A DNA stretch of 64,000 nt, from assembly GCF_018977255.1 (NCBI RefSeq), contig NW_024704743.1, positions 113,896,001-113,960,000 of the forward strand. Reading direction: 5' to 3'. The notes beneath the pieces are model-generated. The model was not told the DNA's origin. It saw nothing but the letters and a program-made list of their open reading frames with translations, and made no database searches. This document shows positions 1 to 12,709 of this stretch, in pieces. This DNA is from Callorhinchus milii. Taxonomy: Eukaryota. A program made the translations under genes and the position numbers. Numbering within the stretch: position 1 is the stretch's first letter; every line of letters begins with the position of its first letter.

Positions 1-769
1 ATTCATGTATTGCTGTATGAATATCTAATTTGATTTATTGTTGTAAGATACAGACAGTAGTTGTGCAACAGGATTTGAAGCTTCTCCTGGTTGATCTACA
101 AAGAAGGGTATTATATCGTATTCACAGTTCAGATTTTAACACATGGGAAGATTGCTGGGCAATACTGAAATATTTTGGTGTTTCTGATATAAGTTCTCTG
201 ATGTTCACAAAAAACTTTATGGTTTTATTCTTTAATCTACTTGTCAATCATGCATGAAACCTAGTCGATGATGCAATAGTAGGATTGCCTGAGATATTTG
301 TTTTCATTTATAAATGCTCTTCAGTATATTTGTCTAATTTACATTAAAATTGAGCAATTATTTTGAAGTGAGCGGGTGGAACAAGCTCTTCTTTATGGAT
401 TTACTCTTTGTAAATCCAACCTAATTCAACTTGAAAATGGAAAAAATTACAGGTTTATGCCAAATATACAATTCTGATTTATACTGAACTCAATCATAAT
501 TCAGTGTGTGAAGTAAATGCTCCCCATACTGCCCTTTTACAGTTATCCGCAATTCTTTCTACTCAGGGTGTAGGGGTGAGGGGTGGGGGAGAGTGGAAAG
601 AAAGATTAAATCAATCAGAGCTGACAAAACAATTTAAACAGCTATGCTTATGGCTTGCAATCTAGAAAAATAAATCAATTATAAAATGTTAGTGTTGAAC
701 ATATTTTCCTTGTAGCCTACTGTTGAGGTATGAACTTGCCCGGTTGATAGTGCGTTTGCCTCTGTAGCC

Positions 770-960
770 TATGGGTTCAATTCTCACATAAAGACTTTGA
801 GCTCATAATTTAGGCTGACGTTCAAAGTGCAGTGCCAAGACTGCCGCTGCATTGTCCAGAGGTGCTCCTCTTTGATTAAGCTGAGATCCTGGCTTCCTAT
901 TCAGGTGCAAGTTAAAGATCCCATGGTGCTATTTGAAAAGAGCACTCTCTATCACAGAAG
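770..960 (+). mobile_element. Old Deu-domain SINE fragment (SacSINE1/AmnSINE1-like)
   Basis: gggttcaa...taggctgac...gaggtgc...ttcaggtgcaagttaaagatcccatggtgctattt resembles the Deu domain as recalled. Confidence 0.55.
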
Positions 961-1271
961 CGATATTATCTTGGTTTTATGTTCTGGACCTTTTATTAAA
1001 AAGTTGAATATCCTATTAGCTATATTGATTGCTTTCTACTCTTGAATAATTAGGTTTTAACTTCTTATGTACTTAACTGTCTAAATCCCCTTACTAATCT
1101 GCTATTTGTAGTGTTTCCTTAATTTGCTATGTTAAGATCTATATGCTGTGTTTTTGCTCACTCATTTAATCTGTTTATTTATTTGCAGTTTTCTGCTGTG
1201 CACTTCAATTTGAGTGCTACATCTAAGTGTCATCAGCATTTTCTTTATTTCTTATATCTAGATGTCAATTT

Positions 1272-1645
1272 GTAGCACTGAGTCAGAAGGTTGTGGGTTC
1301 AGGCCCACATGGGAAGCACTCAAACACTCCAATGCAATGCTGGGAAGCGCTGTAATGTTAAAGCTCTTCTGATGAGACGTTAAACTGAGGTCCCATCTGT
1401 TCAGGTGGACGTTAAAGGTTCCATGGCACTATTTGCAAACTGAAGGATATTTCTTGTGTCATATCCAAGAATCCCCAGACTTTTTTAAATATATATTGGT
1501 CATTCACTTCATGGCTGTTGTGGGATATTGTGTGCAAATTAGCTGTCATGTTTGCCTATCAATATACATGGTACACTTTGCAACCTCTGTGCAGCAAGTG
1601 TTTAGATGTTTTGATGCCGTAAGGCAAATCAAATGCAATTATTTA
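1272..1645 (+). mobile_element. Old Deu-domain SINE
   Basis: ctgagtcagaaggttgtgggttc...gatgagacgttaaactgaggtcccatctgttcaggtggacgttaaaggttccatggcactattt, then a decayed L2-type tail. Confidence 0.65.
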
Positions 1646-2837
1646 TTAAGAATGTAATGCAGTCTAAAGGTATTACTTGTTGCCATAATGAATCTTTTGT
1701 CCTGACATCTAGCAGTTTCTTTGTATTCTGTGCATATGCTGCTGCACAACTAAAACTACTAGGAAATATGATGAATAAATTGTATCATTGACCATGCTTT
1801 TGTAAATGTGATGTGATTTTTGCATTAATGAGAGATATTTTGCTTGCTCACTATATGAAGGTTGCCTTTTGCCTATGTTAATTATCCACCTATGTTCCCT
1901 CTGCCCTTCCTCCAATTTTCTTCCTTTCACTTTTGAAAACCAAGCTTGCTCAGAAGCAGTAAATGCTCAACTGAATTCTGTAAACTTTGACATAATGAGA
2001 GATCATCCAAACACTCAGCAGGTGTCAACAATTACTATTTTCAGAAACTCTCTTGTATTTAACTGGTTGCAATGCAGTTGCATTGCAGGAAGAGATTTCA
2101 ATTCGTTTCAGCAAAGATGCAAATTTTATGTCCAAATTAAAGTGTGGCCTTACATAGCATATTTATATTGTATTTTGGTGCGCCTGTTACTTTTTCAGGG
2201 AAAATTTATTTTTTGTGATGTACATAGATTGATCATGTAGATTTGGATCATCAAATGAAGACTGTGATGTGGATTATACAAACCACAAAATTATATAGTA
2301 GCTTTTCATACTGAAGTTCCACAGTAGAATTTTCACTCAGATTTCATTTGGTTATAGATCTTATGGTATCCTCAAAAGGAAGTGTGTCCCTTATTCTAAT
2401 TTGTTGGTAGCATTACTTGTACATTTGTACTGCCAACAGTCTGTCAAATTAAATATAACTTCAAACAGGGTAATTGTAAATTAACATGCCTGCTTATTTG
2501 TGATAGTCTCCATTTCTAAACTGAACAGGTTAAAGAAACCGTCATGTTTCAGTATCACCTGCGTCCTGACCTAGTTTTCTTGGCAGCACGTGAAACTGTA
2601 ATGAATATAATCTGCTCATTATCAAATGTATTGATTAACCTCCACCTAATGTTTGTTGTGGGTGGGATTGGCTGGATTAAGTGATCAGTTTCTTTTTGGA
2701 AGTAATAAGAGTACAAGAAAATGTATAAATGCTTCAAGTAATATGATCAAGATGAAGTTTCAATGAAAGCTGTACAGTGCACGATAGAGGACTTGAGCAC
2801 ATGTGACATTTTTTTTATTTCTGCAATCGTTTAGAAA

Positions 2838-3073
2838 TTGCTGTGCGCAATTGGCTGCCGCGTTCGCCCACAAATATACAGTCAATTCACTTTACAGTGT
2901 GTCCTGTGAAGCGCTTTGGGACGTCCTCCCGACGTGAAAAGCGCTATATCAAATGCAAGGTTTATTATTATTATTATTATTATACAGTCAATTCACTTCA
3001 CAGTACATTCTGTGCAGTGCTTTGAGACTTGTTGAAGACATGATAAGGCGCAATATCAAATGCAAGGTTTATT
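2838..3073 (+). mobile_element. 3' half of the tRNA-SINE, followed by a second older tail fragment
   Basis: Near-identical to the 3' half of the copy at 24225-24551; (TTA)n tail, then a second tatacagtcaattcac...aaatgcaagg segment. Confidence 0.85.
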
Positions 3074-3858
3074 GTATATTAGAAGTACATTTCGCTACAG
3101 ATATTTATGACATTTGATAGCAAATAACTGCGTTATGAGATGTTTTGAAGTCATATCACTGTCTTTGTAGGCAAGCATGGCAACCTTTTATGCCATCAAC
3201 ATCTTACAAATCATAATAATCCTTGAGTTTGATATAGCGCTTTTCACTATATCATGAAGTGATTGAGAAATGTTGGTCAGGATACGATGAAAAAATCCCT
3301 TTTTTCAAATCGCGCTGAGATCTTGAACAACCATCTGAACAGCCTGACATGATCTTGAGCCACCTCTCTCCTTTCCTTTTGAGTCCCCAAACATCTTCCT
3401 TTCTCCTGATGCCCATCACAGTACTGCTTAAGCTCCCAGTTGATTCTATGCATATAAATATATACTTGGCAACAGAAGAAGCTATTCATTCTGTAACCTT
3501 GTGTGTAAATGTCTCTGATATGAAAAACTATATAAAATTGTGTTGAGTTTTAAATTAAGTTCTTTAGTTTAACTGTTGTACTTGGACTGTTCCATTTATG
3601 GCAGTAGTTAATGATACACTTGATCTCTTTAGCAGGGAGAAAATAAACTTGTTTGTGTAACACTAACATTGTGTTTGGTACAAAGTGTATAGAGTTCCCA
3701 GTTCAACAACAGTGATTGTAGAAATAAAAAAAACACATGTTCATATCCTTCATCACTCACTGTAAGCCTTTCATTGTGATTTTATCTTGATCATATTAAA
3801 CAATGAACATGTCTCCATAATTAATCTTACTCGGTTGAAAATGGACTTAAAAAGCAAG

Positions 3859-4558
3859 ACAACAACAACTTGCATTTATACAGTGCCCTTCACATGGGGC
3901 AGTGTCCTGGAGTGCTTCACAGTGGCGGAGTCTGATAACGAGCCAGGGGGAGAGGGAGTGGTGAAGTGACTGTAAGCGCCATCAAAAAGGAAGGTATTTA
4001 GGTGGGATTTGAAGCTAGGCAGGGAGGGGGCAAGGCAGAGGTATTGAAGAAAGTTCCATAGTTTTGGGGCGTAGTGGCTGAAGGCACGTCCACCAATGGT
4101 GAAGGGCTCGAGAGACAAACAGGAGGACGGAGCCAGCTGAGTGGAGGCAGTGGGTGATGGATTGGGGGGTAAGCACGTCGGATAGGTCAGGAGGTGCAAG
4201 GGCATGAAGTGATTTGAAGACAAGTGAGAGGATCTTGAAAACTATCCGTTCAGTAATTGGGAGCCAGTGGAGCCTGGCTAGGACTGGTGTGTTGGGGTAT
4301 GGAGCTTTGTGCAGGTGAATATCCGGCTGGCAGAGTTTTGAATTGGATTTTGTGTATGGTAGAGCTGGGGAGACCAGTGAGGAGGGCCTTGGAATAGTCC
4401 AGCCGAGAAGTGACAAAAGGAGTGGACGAGGGTTTCAGCCGCGTCACTTGTGAGGTATGGGGAGAGGCAGACAATGTGGTGGTGGAAATAAGAGTTCAGC
4501 GAACGGGTGTGTGATAGAAAGAAAAGCTGGTGATCGAACCGGGCACCTAAGTTGTGCA
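3859..4558 (-). mobile_element. L2 LINE 3' fragment (second subfamily, decayed)
   Basis: Broken peptides [39 protein letters not shown]; (TTG)n tail on the element strand. Confidence 0.85.
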
Positions 4559-4969
4559 TATCAAAATTGAAATATGAAAAAAAAGCGATATTTAGTTTGC
4601 TACGGATAGTTCATGTTCCAGTCACTTTTTTTCCCCAAGCGTATTAGTAAACCCCTGGACGACTGTTGGAACGAAGTGAGGTGCACCAGCAGAATTATTA
4701 TGCTAACACTTGTTTGTATACCTGCACAGTTTTAAATTAAGTTCGGTATGGGGAGTGGAACAAGCTCATTTACAATTTTTAAGGCATAAAGTTCCAAGCG
4801 TTAGTGTTACAGCCATAGTTTTTGAACAATCTATCATTATTGTACGAAAGAACAGATTTTTTAACATCTTTTGAGTTGTGTTCCAGAAGTGACTCGGTTT
4901 GTGACGATCCATGTTCTGGAATTCTGCCTCAGACATGTTGATGCTGATAAAATTGAATACAACACGTTT

Positions 4970-5280
4970 AAATAATAATAATCCTTGCATTTGATATAGC
5001 GCTTTTCACGTCGGGAGGACGTCCCAAAGCGCTTCACAGAACGCTGTAAAGTGAATTGACTGTATATTTGTGGGCGAACGCGGCAGCCAATTGCGCACAG
5101 CAATGTCCCACAAACAGTCGTAGATTGAAAATGACCAATTTATTATTTTTTTTTGGAGGGATTATTATTAGGCGTGTGGAATAAGGAAACTTGCCCAAGG
5201 TTTCGCCCTCTGCCTGGAATTGAACTCAGGTCTCTCGCTTGCAAAGCGAGTGCTCTAACCACTGAGCTACAGGACTCCAC
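4970..5280 (-). mobile_element. Full-length tRNA(Ala)-derived SINE, short subfamily
   Basis: Head gtggagtcctgtagctcagtggttagag (A box), ctcgc-tttgcaa-gcgag arm with TGC, gttcaattc B box; L2-like tail with (TTA)n. Confidence 0.92.
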
Positions 5281-5466
5281 ATTCTCCTGATTGTTTGAGA
5301 CAGGATCTATCAATGTTTTTATTCTGATGCCTGCTTCAAATAATTGGTTCAGTGAGCATCTTTTCTCATTCTTAGTAAAACTAAGCAGTCTGCTCTTCCC
5401 ACTTTCACATTTGAAACTTAAAGCATGGGTGGCTGCATCTAGATTCTGCCTAAAACTTTAATTGTC

Positions 5467-5773
5467 AGTCCTGTAGCTCAGTGGTTAGAGCACTTGCTTT
5501 GCAAGTGAGAGACCTGAGTTCAATTCCAGGTCAGGGCGAAACCTTGGGCAAGTTTCCTTACTCCACACGCCTAATAATAATCCCTCCAAAACCAAAAACA
5601 ATAATAAATTGGTAATTTTCAATCTACGACTGTTTGTGGGACATTGCTGTGCGCAATTGGCTGCTGCGTTCGCGCACAAATATACAGTCAATTCACTTTA
5701 CAGTGTGTTCTGTGAAGTGCTTTGGGACGTCCTTCCGATGTGTAAAGCGCTATATGAAATGCAAGGATTATTA
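5467..5773 (+). mobile_element. Full-length tRNA-derived SINE, short subfamily
   Basis: Same head, body and tail as the 4970-5280 copy, opposite orientation. Confidence 0.92.
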
Positions 5774-5874
5774 CAGTAGCTGGGGAGGAAAAATATTGTT
5801 GGTTTGATGAGGATTGAAAGTAGGTTGTTTTCTAAAAGCTTAATTTGTTGTTTGCTAAACGATCACCTCTCCTC

Positions 5875-6122
5875 AATCCAGCAGGGCGAAACCTTGGGCA
5901 AGTTTCCTTACTCCGCACGCCTGATAATAATCCCTCCAAAAAACAAAACAATAATAAATTGGTCATTTTCAGGCCACGACTGTTTATGGGACACTGCTGT
6001 GCGCAATTGACTGCCGCATTTTGCCCACAAATTTACAGTCAATTCACTTTACGTATATTCTGTGAAGCACTTTGAGACATCTAGAAGACGTGAAAAGTGC
6101 AATATCAAATGCAGGAATTATA
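5875..6122 (+). mobile_element. 5'-truncated tRNA-SINE
   Basis: cagggcgaaaccttgggcaagtttccttactcc...tatcaaatgcagg. Confidence 0.88.
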
Positions 6123-6235
6123 ACTTTTGCCTTCTCGCCTTAAAAGCAGGTCCGTTTACAAACCTAGTGCACCCCCGGTACAACAGTCACCTCCGCTCCT
6201 TCAATTCCCAAATCTGATTGCTCGAACGCAGATGG

Positions 6236-7079
6236 GGCCCCCCCCACGCCCTGTCGCCTACCGGCCCCCCCACGCCCTGTCGCCTACCGGCCCCCCCACG
6301 CCCTGTCGCCTACCGGCCCCCCCACGCCCTGTCGCCTACCGGCCCCCCCACGCCCTGTCGCCTACCGGCCCCCCACGCCCTGTCGCCTACCGGCCCCCCA
6401 CGCCCTGTCGCCTACCGGCCCCCCCCCCCCCCCCCCCCCCACGCCCTGTCGCCTACCGGCCCCCCCACGCCCTGTCGCCTACCGGCCCCCCACGCCCTGT
6501 CGCCTACCGGCCCCCCCACGCCCTGTCGCCTACCGGCCCCCCCACGCCCTGTCGCCTACCGGCCCCCCCACGCCCTGTCGCCTACCGGCCCCCCCACGCC
6601 CTGTCGCCTACCGGCCCCCCCACGCCCTGTCGCCTACCGGCCCCCCCACGCCCTGTCGCCTACCGGCCCCCCACGCCCTGTCGCCTACCGGCCCCCCCAC
6701 GCCCTGTCGCCTACCGGCCCCCCCACGCCCTGTCGCCTACCGGCCCCCCCCACGCCCTGTCGCCTACCGGCCCCCCACGCCCTGTCGCCTACCGGCCCCC
6801 CCACGCCCTGTCGCCTACCGGCCCCCCCACGCCCTGTCGCCTACCGGCCCCCCCCACGCCCTGTCGCCTACCGGCCCCCCCCACGCCCTGTCGCCTACCG
6901 GCCCCCCCACGCCCTGTCGCCTACCGGCCCCCCACGCCCTGTCGCCTACCGGCCCCCCCACGCCCTGTCGCCTACCGGCCCCCCCACGCCCTGTCGCCTA
7001 CCGGCCCCCCCCACGCCCTGTCGCCTACCGGCCCCCCCCGCCCTGTCGCCTACCGGCCCCCCCCGCCCTGTCGCCTACC

Positions 7080-7116
<37 letters not shown>

Positions 7117-7429
7117 CCCTGTCGCCTACCGGCCCCCCCCCGCCCTGTCGCCTACCGGCCCCCCCCACGCCCTGTCGCCTACCGGCCCCCCCACGCCCTG
7201 TCGCCTACCGGCCCCCCCACGCCCTGTCGCCTACCGGCCCCCCCACGCCCTGTCGCCTACCGGCCCCCCCACGCCCTGTCGCCTACCGGCCCCCCACGCC
7301 CTGTCGCCTACCGGCCCCCCCACGCCCTGTCGCCTACCGGCCCCCCCACGCCCTGTCGCCTACCGGCCCCCCCACGCCCTGTCGCCTACCGGCCCCCCAC
7401 GCCCTGTCGCCTATCGGCCCCCCCCACCC
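6236..7429. repeat. C-rich minisatellite, ~44 units of ACGCCCTGTCGCCTACCGG + poly-C (usually C6-C8, unit ~26 nt)
   Basis: Counted by eye. The 19-nt core is almost invariant; two long poly-C runs near 6419-6440 and 7082-7115. Confidence 0.97.
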
Positions 7430-8640
7430 AATTGGGTCAGGCTCCGCCACTATCAAGTGCTCCGGAATGCTACCCCGCATAAAGCACGCTATATAAATGA
7501 AAGTGTGGCATTGCAGAGTGTTTTGTTTACATTTTATTTTCAACAAAACAAGACTTTCTGTGCTGGTGTTTCTTCCCCCAATAGTCATTCATTTGCTCAC
7601 TCAACCAAAGAAAACCCTTTCAGACTGGGTTGATTATACGTTGGGAAATTTCTCTGAGTTATGAATGTGGAAAAAAAGTGAAAATTTCTGACCTTACAGT
7701 AAACTGAACAGCTGTGTGGAGCACCTACACATGGCAGAACTTTTCGTGCTCTGTATGTATTTCTTTCCTCTCTCTCTCTCGCACATGCCTTGGTGTCTGT
7801 CTCTAGGTTTAATTATGATGATCATGTTACCAACCCCCCAATTCCCCGGAAGGCAGACAAACAACTGCAATGACAGGACCTCACTGAGAACAGTACTATA
7901 TTTGATTCTTTATATAAAGTTGAAAGTTTCTAGAAGATTTGTTGGCATGCAATTAAACTGAAGCTTCTGGCGCCTTTCTACAGACTTGAAACTGGCACTT
8001 GTTAAATTAAATTCTAAATCTTGCTGCAGGGATAAAATTATAGTGGAAACTCACGTTAAAGTTACTCACAAAACTCACTAATGTCGTCAGCATTTTGCAA
8101 TATTTTCCTTTTTTTACTTCAATATATTGCATTAGTATTGTAATATAAACTCAATGCTGAGGTCAACCTGTTAATGTAGCTGAAAATCCTCAACACTGCT
8201 GATCTAATTTTTGAGTTTTAAATATACTGTACTAAGAGTGATCCAGAAAGGAAGAACAGTTTGGTGCTTTAAAGGGGGTGGTCTGTTACAATTCAGTTTT
8301 TGACTGCTTTTTGTCTTTTATTTGGCATGTCAGTACTCACTAGATAGGCAGATTTGAAATAACCATATTTGCTTCTGTTTGTGACCCTGCAGCTATTTTC
8401 CCCGGCTCTCTGTAATCTAACACCAATACCAGATGTTAGGAGGAGGAGCTTCAAATTTTTTGGACTCCAAGGAGTGATGAATACATGAAGCCTGTTTTGT
8501 AAAACTATGGTCCAAAACAGAAGTACCTTTATTTCGGGTTGAAATTAAAAGCCACTAAAAAGTCAAAATCTAACCTAAATCGAGCAATGTGGGAAACCAA
8601 GCTTTTTCTTCCAATGTCATTTTTGTTATAACTAGTTATT

Positions 8641-8954
8641 TAATAATAGTAATAATCCTTGCATTTGATATAGCGCTTTTCATGTCTTCTATATTGTCTC
8701 AAAGCACTTCACAGCATATACTGTAAAGTGAATTAACTGTATATTTATGGGCGAAACGCAGCAGTAAATTGTACACAGCAGTGTGCCACAAAGTCATGAA
8801 TTGAAGTGACCAATTTATTATTGTTCTTTTTCTTGGGAGATTATTATCAGCGTATGGAGTAAGGAACTTGCCCAAGCCTTCAACCTGCCGGGAACCGAGC
8901 CCAGGTCTCTTGCTTGCAAGCCGAGCGCTCTAACCATTGAGCTACAGGACTCCA
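8641..8954 (-). mobile_element. tRNA-SINE, short subfamily, more diverged
   Basis: Head ends gagctacaggactcca on +; tail aataatccttgcatttgatatagcgc. Confidence 0.88.
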
Positions 8955-9230
8955 TATTTAAAAATCTGTGATATTACGAGAGGCACGGCTTTAGAGCACT
9001 TATCCTGCGAGAGTTTGTTCTTATGTCAGTTGGTTCATAGAATGAACTCTAGAAAGTTTGTTGTTTTGTAGTTGATACTCTAAACCACCGTGTTTTTTTT
9101 CAACTAACAAGTTCAAATTAGACGTCAACTTTGATTGCTTTCAATGTGGAATTTGGATTGTGTTTGAGTAGATTCAGGAGGTCAGTGATGTGACTATAGT
9201 TGATGTATGAAAGTACTAAATCAATTGTGT

Positions 9231-10459
9231 CCCTCCAATTGGGTTTCTGTGCCGCCCACAGCACAGAAACAGCCCTGGTCAAAGTGACAAATTACATTCT
9301 GTTCATCTGCGACTAGGGATCCCTCTGCCTCCTCGTCCTCCTTGACCTCTCTGCTGCCTTTGACACCGTCGACCACTCTATCCTCATCCATCGCCTCTCC
9401 TCTCACCTCAGCCTTCACGGCTCTGTCCCTGACTGGTTCAGATTGTACCTCTCGCACCACTTCCGCTTCAATTACACAAACAGCTTCTCCTCTAGCCCTT
9501 ACGCCGCCTCCACTTCGTCTCCACAAATGGCTTCTCCTCTAGCCCCCGCACCATCTCGTGCCGTGTTCCTCAGGGCTCTGTGCTTGGTCCCCTCCTCTTC
9601 AATGTCTATATGCTTCTTTTTGTTGACATCATCCGCAGACATGGGGTCAACTTCCACATGAATGCAAGGATTATTATTATGCGGATGACACCCAACTCTT
9701 CCTCTCTGCCTCCACCCTTGACTCCAGGACCACTGCTGTCCTGACAGAATGTCTGTCAGACATCAAGTCCTGGATGAGACCTAACTTTCTTCAGTTGAAT
9801 GTCAACAAGACCGAGGCTCTCCTGATTGGCTCCCGTCAGCCCCTCCTCACCTCAGGCGCTGACAGCATCACCATCCATGGTTGCACACTCCACCTCACTG
9901 AGCCAGTCCGGAACCTTGGGGTCTTGTTTGACCCTCAACTATCGTTTCTACCCAACATCTGTGCCATGACCCACTCTGCCTTCCCCCACTTCCACAACAT
10001 TGTCGGCTCTGCCACTGTCTCACACCGCAGGCCCCTGAAACCCTCATACACTCTTTCATTACATCGAGGCTTGATTATGAAAACTCCTTGCTTGTCGGCC
10101 TCCCCAACTCCTCACTCATTCAGAACTCTGCAGCCCATGTCCTCTCCCGCACCAGGCTCTGTGACCCTATCACCCCCATCCTCACCGACTCCACTGGCTT
10201 CCCATCACACAGAGAATACAGTTCAAGATCCTGGTCCTCACCTTCTGCCACTCTGCTTCCAACCTCTGGAACTCCATCCCACAGTCCCTCTGCCTCAGAC
10301 CGTCCCTTGCCTCTTTCAAGGCGATCACCCTGCTTCTCCCATCCCCCGCCCTCCCTGATCCCGACCCCCAGCTTGGGTGCAAAATTCTGTCTGTCTAGCG
10401 CCTTGGAAGATCTTCCTGACGTGAAAGGCGCTGTACAAATGTAATTTTGTTGTTGTTGT
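9231..10459 (+). mobile_element. L2 LINE 3' fragment (RT domain to tail), decayed
   Basis: Remnants of [30 protein letters not shown] and NFLQLNVNKTE; tail gcgccttgg...gtgaaaggcgc (TTG)n. Confidence 0.9.
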
Positions 10460-11240
10460 ATGTGTTCTCTCTTCCTCTTTCTCCCTGGCTCATCTTATCT
10501 TCATAAATGCTCTGTGAATTCTTTTGGCTTGTCACACTAATATAACTGAATACCCCAACATATGCATTGTTGAGTGAAGACTTGTCTTGCAGCTAGTGGA
10601 ATTGGAAGAGAGACCTAAATTGTGAGCAGGTCTGAGCATTAAACATCTTGCATGTTTGGTCAAAAACATCTGACCTATGTGGAGTGAATATTTTAATTGC
10701 TGTGCTGACAGGCTGTGAATTATATTTCCTTTCTTCACCATCGCTTTGTCTCTTCCCAAAATCTGTGGGTGCCATTATTTAGAAGTGTTGTATCGGGTAA
10801 CACTTGGGTCAGATGTGGTACCAATTAGTGGAAATGCAAAACCTCTTCACTGCCCTACTGGACTGATGCTGAGTCTTCTGGGATGAGCCAGGATAGAGAA
10901 ACAAAAGTGTAGGCACCAAAAACTAGTATAATTAATTGATGGTACATCTGACACGCCAATTAGTAATTGAAGTACTAATTCCTATTTGGTTTGGGCTACT
11001 TGAATGTGAATCAAGTAAAACTTAGTTTGTTACGTTAGGATAAATTGTGAAATTTGACTGCAGGAAGTAGCAGCAGTGTATGGGTTTTGGCTTCTGTTGG
11101 TGTCATTTTAGGAAAGATTGGGTGTACCCATAACCTCCACTTATTGACAAATTATTGGCACAATTTATCTTGGAATTTGCAGTACCGGCTTTATATGAAA
11201 ATTATTGATTGTATTTTGATTGATTTTTCTTTTTTGAGTC

Positions 11241-11607
11241 ATAATAATAATCCTTGCACTTGATGTAGCGCCTTATGTCTACGAGACGTCGCCAAGCGCT
11301 TCACAGAATATACTGTAAAATTAATTGACTATATAATTTGTGGGCGGAATTCAGCGGCCAATTGTGCACAACAGCGTCCCACAAACAATCGTAGATTGGG
11401 TTGACAATTTTTATTTTTTTATTTTTTGAAGGGATTATTACCCACCGAACAGTGATCTGCCAATTAACTAACAACCAGGTTCCTACATACTGCTGGGTGA
11501 ACAGGCATGTGGAGTAAGGAAACTTACCCAAAGTTTGCCTGGGAATCGAACCCAGGTCCTCTTGCTTGTGAGGGGAGTACTCTAACCGTTAAGTTGCAGG
11601 ACTCCAC
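11241..11607 (-). mobile_element. tRNA-SINE, long subfamily (extra central segment)
   Basis: Same head and tail, plus central cctgttcacccagcagtatgtaggaacctggttgttag (- strand). Confidence 0.85.
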
Positions 11608-12289
11608 ATAACTTCAGTGCCTTTTAATGTAGAGAAGTTCTCAAATTATTTTACAAAATATGATTGGAAATGACGTATAGAAATGTAATTTGCATTGTAT
11701 TTAGCTTGTTTCATCTTGGGGTTGTCTTAAAGTGCTTCACACTACTGGTTGGTGGGTATCTGTGCTAGAGACTGGGAGGGGAAAGCGACTGAGTGGCGGA
11801 TGCTGTTAAAGCAGATTATATGCACTGTAGCCCTGTTTATAAAATTTCATTGTAGTGCTGATTTGATATAATGTGAATGGTGCATGCATTACATTCACTG
11901 CGCATGTGTGCAGCTGGTTGGCATGATCCTGTGTGCCGGCTGGTTCCTGTATTCCATCCAGTTTCTCACTAAGAATGGCTTATTTCTAGGTCGTTAGGTC
12001 ACTGCTAACTTAATTCCCTGCACACTGTGCGACCTAGACGTTGGCCATATTTTTACGTAGGTACCTGGCCAGCATACACAAACCAAATCCACAGCTGAAC
12101 ATGTGCCATGAAAAGCTATGATAGCAGGTTAGAATTTTATGATCCCACCCGTTTTGAAGCTCCACTGTATTATAATGTTTGCATTTGATATAATACTTCA
12201 TCACATTGTCCAGTGCTCAGACTTTATTCTGCACGAAGGACGCTATATAATTGCAATAAGTTGTTGTCAAAATCTCAAAAGTGCTTCAA

Positions 12290-12585
12290 CATTTACTGTG
12301 AAATGTAGTGATTGCATTTGGCAGCTAATTGGTGCAAACAGCCATGAAGTGAATGACCAATTGTATATGAAGGATTGTTGACCAGGACATCAAGTAAAAC
12401 TCTTCCCTTTTCCAAGCATGACGTAGCATCTTTAATGTCCACCTGAACAAGAAGAGGGGACCTTCGTTTAATGCCTCAACTGAAGGACTGGAGTGTCAGT
12501 GTAGACTGTGCTCAAAGTCCTTGTGTGGGGCTGGAACCGACATGTGACTCAATGGTGAGAGAGCTACCAAATGAGCCAGGATGAC
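12290..12585 (-). mobile_element. Old Deu-domain SINE fragment
   Basis: atctttaatgtccacctgaacaag...gacc..cgtttaatgcctca...ggagtgtcag, reverse complement of the Deu core. Confidence 0.55.
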
Positions 12586-12709
12586 CCAATGTTTATTTTT
12601 CTGATTGCCTTATAGGATCAGGCAAGATAAGTGAATTGTCTTGCAGATCACTATTGCATTACAGCACAAAAAAGTTGCTGGGAGATTGGGGCTCAGATGT
12701 TCCAGGTGG

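Noticed and set aside
6236..7429. CRISPR-like array
   Set aside because: The sequence between repeats is only poly-C, with no unique spacers and no cas genes; the context is vertebrate.
6127..7633. 451-aa and 471-aa proline-rich ORFs
   Set aside because: Translations of a stop-free minisatellite, open in several frames, with non-ATG starts and no splice context.
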